Source: Dimorphilus gyrociliatus (lineage: Eukaryota > Animalia > Annelida). From it: a stretch of DNA of 64,000 nucleotides. This document shows positions 54,501 through 64,000 of this stretch, piece after piece (positions within the stretch are counted from its first letter, which is position 1; every line of letters starts with the position of its first letter). Below the pieces are notes generated by a model. The model did no database searches and was not told the origin of the DNA. It saw only the letters and a list, made by a program, of their open reading frames with translations. The stretch is from the NCBI GenBank assembly GCA_904063045.1, contig CAJFCJ010000031.1, forward strand, positions 62,001 through 126,000, given 5' to 3'. A program made the translations under genes and the position numbers.

Positions 54501-55877
54501 CTCCCATTAAAAAAGGAATAAAGAAAGAACAGAGAATGGACGCAGATGTTTACGAAGCGTAATTACTACAATCAACAGATATAGATAACAATATGTCCTA
54601 GTGCTAATGTATTCGTACCTCTTTCTTTTACCCTTTTTTTACCTTTGCTAGTTTTCTTAACATACTAATTATATAGGCGAAAATCTTATCAAACATCTCT
54701 CCCACCTATAAAATCGCATTATTCTTTGTTTTCCATAGCATTCCAATTAGCAAAAAAACACCCATTGTTTGCGTAATAAGACGTCCAAAGAAAGGGTTTT
54801 ATAATTACACCTATAAAGAAGACTCATTCGTATTAATTTCTGACTGTTTTCTCTAGCATCATAAATAAAAAATTCAAGGTAACAATATAGTTATAAATAC
54901 AGAGAGATAGACAGAGAGAGAAAGAGAGAGAGAGAGAGAGAATACTTTAGACACTTAATTGAAGTATTTTATAAATATAAAACAAAGAAACTGCTAATAA
55001 AACAACAGGATAAAAAAAAAAAAAAGAGTACGATTGCGTGCAGGAAGTTCCCATAAAGGCTTCCTGTGTATTATGTAAGTACTTGAACAGTCACTTTTCG
55101 TATCATGTATCAAAAATTTTTATCTTTTAGAAGTATTTAGGTACCTTTGATGATTAAGAGGAGATGCATAAAAAGAAAGAAAAAAACTCATATTTCTCTT
55201 TCATTTTTTTCTGACTTTTATTCTCAATTTTATCTTTCTTCTCTTTTTTGTACTTTTTTTTTGTTGTTGGTTCAATCGTTTTCCATTCAAATTTCTCTTT
55301 CTTTCTTCATTTTCTACTTTTCTTCACAAGTTTGTGAAAATTTTTAAATGGCGATTGAGAAAAGGGGCAGTGTAAACAAAAAAGAACGCAAGAAAAGAAA
55401 TGCCTGTACAAAGAATTCGGCGGCAGATTAACGGCCATTCGTCGTTATTTGCCGAACGCCGTTTGAATTCTACGGTCAGCGCCTGTGGTAGTCATTAGGC
55501 CGTGCCGTGAATACAATCTAATGACGATTTGTACAATATTACGTAAGCTGTCTTTTTCTACTCCTTTATTTCGTTGTTTTTTTTGCAAGAAAGCGAACAT
55601 TGTTTGTTCTGTGGTTATGGGGTACACGAGATTTATTTTCACTTTTCTTAATCCAGAAAGAATAGATTATTATCAGATAAGGGATATTAAAAAAAATAAA
55701 GTTGGATTAATATTTAGACCATATACAATAAATAAGGTTACAAAATATTATTTATTTATAGTAAAATAAATCAGTTTAGATGTATATTAATGTAAACAAA
55801 TGTATGTTTATCCTTTTGAACACGCGCCATTTTATAGGCCTCTGGGGAAAAAACAATGGCGTAAAAAAATTAGGGAA

Positions 55878-55917
55878 TCACGTGACCAACTTTATCCAAT
55901 AGCCAATATAGCCCGCC
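55878..55917 (+). promoter_or_regulatory. Promoter-like cluster: E-box TCACGTGAC, two CCAAT boxes and a GC box
   Basis: TCACGTGA 55878, CCAAT 55896 and 55903, GCCCGCC 55911. A consensus donor G|GTAAGT at 56306 suggests a non-coding first exon of the gene at 58.1 kb (inference). Confidence 0.4.
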
Positions 55918-57335
55918 TTCAAACCGGACGACAGCTAGTCACACTATTCCTACGTGCATTGGAAGAAAGATAGAACACGTTTTTTCTAATAAAAGTTTTA
56001 CCGTAAACAGAGATTTCAAATTAATCGAAAAACTAAAGAGAAGATAAAGGAGATTATCGATATTCAAGATAGAATTTTTATAGTGAAGAAGGAAGACGAA
56101 GAAAACAGAAAAACTTATCATTGTACACAATTACGAAACGTGTATAATGTGAATGAAGTGAACTATTATCAGACCAATATCAATACGTAGCATAATTGAA
56201 GTACTAAAAAAGAGAACGGCTAACTTGAAAGAATGCAGATAACTATTTTTATGACTATCTTATTATTTTCATTGGTTAACCTATACGACCTGCCAACAGA
56301 ACGTGGTAAGTAGACCAATTTTTATACGATATTTCTACAACATTATAAGGATTATATACCTATAAAAGAGGGAATACTTCGTATTTTAATATAATCTTAT
56401 TATATATTGATAGTTTATCAACTCGTCGTGTATAAATCTATAATATATTTGCAAAATAATAAGTTAAATAACTACTTGTCTGTTTTTTCACTAGAAAACT
56501 ATCCACCTATTCTCCTCCTACTGTATATTCTTTTTTAGTAAAAACCTAACCGCTTCGTCGCAGTTGAAATGACTTCATTCAATCTTTTGTTAAAAGTGTC
56601 GTACTTTATTTACTGATTACGCTTCGGTTGGGTTCGTTAACGTTAATGTTATAGGCCTTTTTCCTTCTCTCAGCTGTTTTCTTCTTTTTTTAAGAACATA
56701 AATGTAGTATAGAAATGCTATGAATTCAAGATTATAAGGTTTTCATACTTTACTCATTTTTGCTAAATTCCTATTCATTTATCTATTTTTGTATATTTAT
56801 ATACGTCATTCATGATTAAATGAAGTACGTATACAAACTCTTTCTAGAGTTAACATCAATTTTGATCTTCTGAAGGACAATCTATCAATTTACTCCCAAC
56901 TTACCATTAACAAAAGGAAATAAATTAAAAAGATAACTAATATTGTATTTCAATGAGTTATTAGCGTGTTATTAACAAAAATAACAATAATAATACACCT
57001 TAAGACTTATGAGTTAAGTTTAAACTTAATTATACAAGTATTATCGGATAGTGTTAAAAAAGAACTCTTCAAAACGATCTTCACCTTTACGATATTGGGA
57101 ATTAAGATCCTTAAAAATTTTGTTTACCTGGGATCCTGCTTCTTTACTGATAACGTGTTGTGTTACTCTCGGTTGTTCTGTTGATTTATTGGCCTTTTTT
57201 TTATGTCATCGCTTCTGTCTCAACCTACATCCTTTATATATATATATAGATGTACATAATCTATAGATAATTGTTAATATACAAAAAATTATAAATAAAC
57301 AAAAGACACTAGAAAACTAGAAAGAATAGCTCATT

Positions 57336-57338
<3 letters not shown>

Positions 57339-57378
<40 letters not shown>
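57339..57378. repeat. (TC)20 microsatellite
   Basis: Perfect 40-bp TC run. Confidence 0.95.
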
Positions 57379-57381
<3 letters not shown>

Positions 57382-58135
57382 ATTTTTCATATATCTTCCC
57401 TTCTCCTCCCCCTTTCTTTTTTGTTGGGCACGTACAAGAAAATTGATTGAATAGTATTACATGGTATCAATGTTTGCAAGAGATACAATTAGTATTTAAT
57501 TTTGACTAATCTGTAAGTATGCCTCTTAACCTTTATTTCGTCATATTATATTAAATCGTAAAGCATAAATGGTCTTTTATGTAAATATATATATATTCTA
57601 TAATAACTAAATATTTATAATATGCACATACTACCAACTCTTTTGAAATACTAAATGATTTTTAAGAATAGCGTGAGAAAGGAAAAATTATTAAAGAGAC
57701 TGAGAATTTATTGAACAAAATAATAATAATAATGTATTTGTAGATATTTTTCTCTTTATTGATTACTCACCTTGAAACTGTTTTTTAATACTAAAACCTT
57801 TTGTAAAAGGTTTTTCATTAAATATTCTATATAGTGTAGAATTTTACTGCATTATATGTAGATAAAATAAGAATTTTTTCCCCTTTCCTATGACCTTTCT
57901 CAAACTAACTTTCTTTTCCTCTTTATTCTACTTCTTTACGACTCTTTGAAGGTTATCAAATTCTCTTTATACACTGTCTATTTACGTACATATATAGATA
58001 TATAAGCACTTCCGATCTCTTAAACTTTATGTTAGTAGAATAAGGTTGTTACGTTTATTTGCTGATTGGTAAAATAGGCCATTAATTAGGTGATAAAATT
58101 GCATGCCTAGTTACATCCTTCTTATTATTCATTCT

Positions 58136-60082
58136 ATGAAACATGTACTAAAACGTCTACTTTATTCACACCTGTCAAACCGTTTGCGCTTACATCATTA
58201 AATGTCTTTTACGTAATAAGGGGAAAAAAATTCAAGTTATTTTAACAATTTACCCAACAGGTGGCGTTTTTTATTATTGTTATAAATGATTGTAATTTGT
58301 ATAATATTTTCAAAAGTAATTCCCTTTTATTTTCAATCAGGTGTGACAATTCATAAAACCAAACATCATAGAGGCGTTTGCGATAAGCGAATTTTAAAGA
58401 TCTTAGATCAGCTAACTGAACCGTCTCGACGTGCCTTAAAGATTTTCGAAGGCGAGATTAAGTCTCGTCCTAAAATATCTTCTTTTCTAAAGAAATTAAA
58501 CAGAAAAGTTTGTAGGTAAGGAATATTACATCATATTATTATATTATTATGGTCTAATTGCTATTTAACGTACGTTTTTCCCTTTTTAGAACGTATAAAG
58601 CATATAAAAAATGCATTGAGAAGGAACGCTCTTACAACGAAAAGAGAGCAAAAAGAATACTTCATAAATACAAGATATTAACTGATGTTGTTCATAAATT
58701 CTGCTCAAAACCTAAAATAAAGTCAGATATTATTGAATGCTATACAAAATCGTCATTCGCATCTCTCGACTTGGTATTTTGTTTTAAGCAGGAGAAATTT
58801 GGTATTTCCAAAATTCCTAGATCTCGATGCTTGTTTGTATAGTAATATTAAAATAAATGTTCATTTTTAATATACCTTTTTCTATAGGTTTAAAAAACAG
58901 TATATTGCTTGTCAAAGTTTGTATTTAGAAGAAATATGTGGTAAAGAGACAAAAGATTTTTATAAACATGTAAATATTTTACATTTATCTTTAAAAAGAC
59001 AATGTTGGAAAGAAATACAATCGCCATATAATTATTCAGGTTTTTATATTGTTGTTCATATTTGACGATTGGGTGGGATCTTAAGTGTATAACAAATGTT
59101 TAATTTTTAAACAGGAAGTCTAACGTTTGATAGCAATTGCTCGCTGAATTCTACTACAAAATTTAGAGCATCTTTCGCATCAATGGTTATTAAACTGGAA
59201 GATAAATTGTTTAATTCCTTCTTTATAAGAGAGCCAAAAGAATTGACAAGCCTTTGCAAGTAAGTTGAAAGTTTATAGGGGAAAAGGGTGGGGGAGGAGG
59301 GAAAGAAATGATTTTTATTGTCTATTTTTTACAGTTCGTATAATTTCAACCAAAGAAGAGAGATTGCAAATTTACAAAAGAATTGTCCAAACGTACTAAA
59401 AGCTATTTATGATCAATCTCCAATGTTTGAAGATTCTCAAAAACGTTTTGAGCAATTCTGCATTAATCAAAAGGCTTTCAAAAACAGCAACTCCTGTTTT
59501 GATGAAATGCGGAACAATAAAGTTTGTAAAGCTTCCGAAGAGAAATACAGGAAACTAATCGCAGATATTTCGCATGTGAGCTATCTCTGTAATAAAGATT
59601 ATTGGAAAAAGGTTTTTTTCCTCCAAAAGGAATATAACTATCGCTTGGAGAAACACAAAAGACATTTATACGAACAGCTCGTGAAGGAAACTTTGCAGAA
59701 TAGGGAAATAAATAGAGAAATTGAAACTCTAACAGATTGTATAAGTTTAAATATAGTAAAAAAATGCGGAGGAGAAGTACTGAGTAAAGTTATAAGGAAA
59801 TTAAGTAATTCTATTCTCAATTCTACACATAGTATCGGACTTGAGTTTCGGCCGAATTGTGAGGTGTTAGCCGAAGCCAGATATGCTAATATTGGTGTTC
59901 AGATTACCCGAGTTACAGTACCAACTCGGCCAAGATCTATTACACGGCTAGAAAAGAGTATACCTTCAACAGAGACTCCAATTTCTGAAAAGTATCATAG
60001 TTCATCTGATAGGATAACCTTTGGGGCTTCATTCTTAATTATAATTCTCTCATTAATCTGCAGTCGGGCCATTTCTTCATAA
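58136..60082 (+). CDS. Cys-rich helical secreted protein, probably GPI-anchored (multi-exon; first exon uncertain)
   Basis: Short introns link segments VAFFIIVINDC/VTIHKTK...VC, RTYKAYKKCIEK...FCSKP...IIECY, YIACQSLYLEEICGK, ...EIANLQKNCP...LTDCISLNIVKKCGG. The C-terminus SSSDRITFGASFLIIILSLICSRAISS* is small residues followed by a hydrophobic tail. The ATG at 58136 (MKH|VAFF) is a best guess. Confidence 0.68.
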
Positions 60083-60571
60083 CTCTATATTGTTTTAAAG
60101 AAAAAAGAAAGTTCGATAAGATTTTATTCGAAGTATGTGATAAGATTTCAGTGCGATATGACATTTTTGTATATATATATATATATATAGATATATATAT
60201 ATATGTATAAGTTTGTTATGTATTTGTTGGTGCTCCTTAAACTGTGGTGTTCGATTGTTTTTCGTTTTGTTTTTTTTTTCTTCTTTTAAGTAATAAATCT
60301 TTCTTTACACAAGAAAACTATTTATAAAAGAGCCTAAATCGAATAATTAGTAACTTTAGCGATAGACTTTACAAAGATTTATTTATTAAGGTATTCTTGT
60401 TTTGCTTTTTATAAAAAAAAAAGAACTTCGCCATACTTGTTCATTTCGAAATGTGTTCTAATTGAAATAATACACTGTCCTAGTTTATTTGTAATATGCA
60501 GACGTTGTGTTGAAATTTTGCTTAGCAGGTATGTTTATTAACAATTCAACACTTGCAATAGTTGACGTCAG

Positions 60572-61348
60572 ATGAACGAACAAGTGAAAACTACGGGAGC
60601 CGAAAATAACCCTCACAAAGTATATAGAAATGGAGAGAACTATTCAAAAAAATTGAGAATTGTTCACATATCTGATACCCATCTTGAAAGGGACAATCAG
60701 AATATACCAGACGGTGATATAATTATTCATTCAGGTGATTTTGGTCAATACAGATCGGGATTATCAAAGGAAGAATACTTTTCAAGATTGAACAGTTTTT
60801 TTAAAAATCTACCTCATAAATATAAGATTTTCGTTGGTGGAAATCATGATAGTCCTCTGGTAGATTGCCAGAGAAGTTTAATAACCGAGTGTCAGTATTT
60901 GATTGATGAATCGGTGACGATAGAAGGTATACGAATATACGGATCACCTTGGAACAAGTGGAGATATACATCGTTTGCCAGAGCGTTTACCATAAAGAAT
61001 ATAAAAGCCAAGTGGGAATTAATAGATCAAGATTCGGACATAGTTGTAACTCATCAGCCGCCATTTAATTTGCTCGATTTGGCCAGTTATAACCATTATA
61101 TACCGAATTTTTTGGTTAAACTTCTAAGCTCTTCTCGCTGCGAGATTTGTAGTCAATATCATCCAGGTAGAAATCATTGGGGATCGAAAAGTCTTCGAAG
61201 GATTCTAACTGAAAAGATAAAGCCAACACTACATCTATTCGGTCACGTTCACGAGTGTTTTGGGGCTACAACAAACGATAAAATACTCTTTTGTAACAGC
61301 GCTATTAAACAACGGGGACATCCTCAGGTTATCGATTTCTACTTTTAA
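60572..61348 (+). CDS. MPPED1: MPPED1/2-family calcineurin-like metallophosphoesterase, copy A (intronless, 258 aa)
   Basis: All five motifs present: ISDTH, HSGDF, GGNHD, VTHQPP, FGHVHE; plus GIRIYGSPW and a terminal PQVIDF strand. Confidence 0.88.
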   Translation: MNEQVKTTGAENNPHKVYRNGENYSKKLRIVHISDTHLERDNQNIPDGDIIIHSGDFGQYRSGLSKEEYFSRLNSFFKNLPHKYKIFVGGNHDSPLVDCQRSLITECQYLIDESVTIEGIRIYGSPWNKWRYTSFARAFTIKNIKAKWELIDQDSDIVVTHQPPFNLLDLASYNHYIPNFLVKLLSSSRCEICSQYHPGRNHWGSKSLRRILTEKIKPTLHLFGHVHECFGATTNDKILFCNSAIKQRGHPQVIDFYF

Positions 61349-61355
61349 ATCGGTA

Positions 61356-62105
61356 ATGGCGGGAAACAAATCTGCATTCAAACACGAGAAAATTGGTTCT
61401 GGGAAATTAAAGGCTCGCGTAGTAATTGTTTCTGATACGCACGGTTGTCACAATAAGCTTTTACCTTCGATTCCTGATGGAGATATTTTCATACACGCCG
61501 GCGATTTTATATATTATGATGATCATAGTACTAAAGATTTTAAGGGCGCTTGTCTGCAAGTAGATGAGTTCTTTTCAAAATTGACACATAAAAGGAAATT
61601 CATTGTCTTCGGTAATCACGACCAGCCTTTCTGTGATATTGCATCCGATGTCATTCGTGATAGTTTGAAGAATGTTGAATGTTTACTGGACGAGATGGTC
61701 GAAGTGGACGGTCTTCGAATCTACGGTTCACCTTGGACTGTTAGAAGAGAAAGCTCGTCGGCAACTTCATTCACCAAACAACGTGAAGATATGAAAGACG
61801 TTTGGGAGAAAGTTCCAAGAGATTTGGATATTCTAGTAACTCATAGTCCACCTTACGCTCTGCTAGATGGTGAACCTGAGGGTACTACTCCTTGTAAAAT
61901 TAAATGCAGAGATCATCCCCATTTAGGTTGTCCTCATTTGCGGAAAGCTATTCTTGAAGATATAAAAGCAAAAATGCACGTTTTCGGACACAATCATCGA
62001 AGTAATGGTCTATATAGATATTCTAAATGCAAAACTTTGTTTTGTAATGCTGCAATTGATATGAGAATGTACGGTTTGCCTATTGTCGTTGATTTTCACG
62101 AATAG
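61356..62105 (+). CDS. MPPED1: MPPED1/2-family metallophosphoesterase, copy B (intronless, 249 aa from ATG 61356)
   Basis: VSDTHG, HAGDF, FGNHD, GLRIYGSPW, VTHSPP, FGHNH and PIVVDF. The ATG has strong context (ggtaATGG) and lies 7 nt after the copy A stop. AATAAA at 62258. Confidence 0.88.
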   Translation: MAGNKSAFKHEKIGSGKLKARVVIVSDTHGCHNKLLPSIPDGDIFIHAGDFIYYDDHSTKDFKGACLQVDEFFSKLTHKRKFIVFGNHDQPFCDIASDVIRDSLKNVECLLDEMVEVDGLRIYGSPWTVRRESSSATSFTKQREDMKDVWEKVPRDLDILVTHSPPYALLDGEPEGTTPCKIKCRDHPHLGCPHLRKAILEDIKAKMHVFGHNHRSNGLYRYSKCKTLFCNAAIDMRMYGLPIVVDFHE

Positions 62106-62755
62106 TTCTTAAATTTTCTTTCCATCAAGATAAAGCATAATATACTTGTCTTTATAAGGCTGTATAGAAATATATTGCACAGTCTTTTTTTATACAATAT
62201 ATTTGTTATATACGTAAGTAAGAGGATATTAATTGAAGAGTTTGACTATGAATAACCAATAAAATATATCAATTATAGAAAGAATTTTATCCTTCGTTGG
62301 CTTGTTAATCTTTCTCTTTCTTTTTAATTTACATGGAACAGCGTGAATAAAGACCATAGAGTGAAGATAAGAGCATGCGGTGCGACTTTAATTAATCTAA
62401 TAGACAGCAGTTGCAAAGAAGACTAAAGGAAGTTGGAAAATACTTTCTAAAATTAACCAAAGGTAGAATATAAATCGGTCATATAGGACTGTCAGCAGAT
62501 CACCTTATCATAAAATTTCATACGATTTACCAAATAAATTAGACTGGAGAAAGGAGTTTTTCAACACTGAAATTAAAAATTTTACGCCCTTCGCCAGCCC
62601 CTTTTAAAATAAATAACGAATATCTACAATGTCATTTCTTATAAGTTATCTTTGTCATATATCAAGTATATCTTATGAAAATACTTAGAGATAATATGAA
62701 AACCAGCTGAAGAAATCTTTACTGTATATTTACTGTATATTTTCCAGTATATACA

Positions 62756-62758
<3 letters not shown>

Positions 62759-62790
<32 letters not shown>
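62759..62790. repeat. (TA)16 microsatellite
   Basis: Perfect TA run flanked by TACTGTA (62720, 62731) and TACAGTA (62792). Confidence 0.95.
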
Positions 62791-62793
<3 letters not shown>

Positions 62794-64000
62794 CAGTAGA
62801 TGACCAGTTTAAATCGTATTAGCATTATTTCTACTAATTAAATAGAATTAATTTTTTCGCATGGGTATGTATATTCATTTATTTAATTAGCTGCTAATAC
62901 TATTTTCACATGCTTGGACAAAAATATAGAAAAGTAAAAAAACACTCTTTCACTCTCTCTCTCGTTCTTTCTCTCCTTTGAGAAATGTACAGTATATGTA
63001 CAGTATATTCCTTTGTTTCTATAAAATAAGTTGACAATAGAGGCATACAAATTTGAGGAGAAAAAGAGCATACAAAATCACTCGAACTGAAAAGAAGGGG
63101 AAAAGAGAAATAGGAGAAAGATATTTCTCTTAAAATAGACTTATAATTGTTGTACTAACAATATAATTTTACTGAAATACGTAATTTTTTTTTGTTTCTG
63201 TCAAAGGAAAAGCTATCATTTCGGTTTGTTGATGTTGAATTTGTGACAAGGAAAGCATTACGTTTTGATGTATAAATATAGAAAGTTCTAAATAAGGTAA
63301 CCGTATTTTCACTCTAACACTTCCCTCCCCTTCCCCTCCCTCCGCATGTATGTTAATATTTCATTTAAGTGAAAAGTTCTTGGAAACAAAAAAAGATTAA
63401 GGCGACAAAAAATTAAAAGTCTGCTAATAGACGACTTATAAAGCGTCTCATTAAAGGGGCATCTTGTGGAAGAATAATACAAGTATATGATGACTACAAG
63501 TTGAATAAGAAAATCGTTGTCGTTCCGGCTTATCCCCCTCCCTCTCCCTTAAATTATTTAAATAACTCTTGACCTAAAAAAAAGTCTATTGATAATAGAA
63601 TCTTTTTTATCAGGAAAAGAAGTAGGAGAGCGAGAAAGGCGGAGAGAAATAGGGAGAAACTTTCATAGAAGAGGAACAGAGAGGGAGATTTATCTAAAGC
63701 AAATATTTATATTTTTATTTAATAATAACAAAGAAAGAAATATTAACAAGAGAAGCCAGTTTCTTTTTCTACCTGCAGAAAAAAAAATCCAATCAATATC
63801 AAGTACCAAGCGTCTAAACGTTCCTACATAAAAGAGTAAGGGAAAGAATTTTGTAAAATATTTCTATTATTCATTTCTACGGAGTGAAGCGTCTTTTAAG
63901 AAAAAGGTTTATTGGTGATTGTTCAAGTATTTATTAAACAAATTTTATTTGTATACAAGTGTAAATCATATAAAAAGGTAATAAATTATATAGTAATAGA

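Noticed and set aside
61328-61388. 61-nt GT..AG intron that would fuse the two MPPED ORFs in frame (HPQ|KIGSG)
   Set aside because: The acceptor would be GAG with no pyrimidine tract, unlike the YAG/AAG acceptors seen here, and it would delete ORF A's conserved final strand (VIDF). RNA-seq could still test it.

Overview
Eukaryotic (metazoan) DNA from a compact, AT-rich genome with mostly 50-75 nt GT-AG introns. The style would fit a miniature invertebrate such as the annelid Dimorphilus, but the species is only a guess. The ORF track mostly shows single exons, so gene models were spliced by eye. Genes in order: intronless RASL10-like GTPase (+); ABCB8-like mitochondrial ABC half-transporter (-), head-to-head with a full-length RNF213/mysterin-like AAA+ ATPase-E3 ligase (+, ~16.5 kb, with RING, RZ finger and an extra UBA-like insert); a 261-aa orphan gene; a decayed duplicate of the RNF213 3' end; a second, fully in-frame but truncated RNF213 paralog (~1,700 aa, no catalytic AAA or E3 module); a tetraspanin (-); an orphan ORF; a 1,165-aa secreted CUB-(His/Tyr/Pro repeat)-CUB protein whose real repeat frame is missing from the ORF track; a Cys-rich, probably GPI-anchored protein; and two intronless MPPED-family metallophosphoesterase ORFs only 7 nt apart across a TTT-TAA-A junction. 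Best leads: the RNF213 birth-and-death cluster with its effector-less paralog, the CUB/His-Tyr glyco-repeat protein, the two-ORF MPPED unit (+1 frameshift, alternative acceptor or bicistron), and many TAC(A/T)GTA heptamers in TA tracts that match Tc1/mariner excision footprints.
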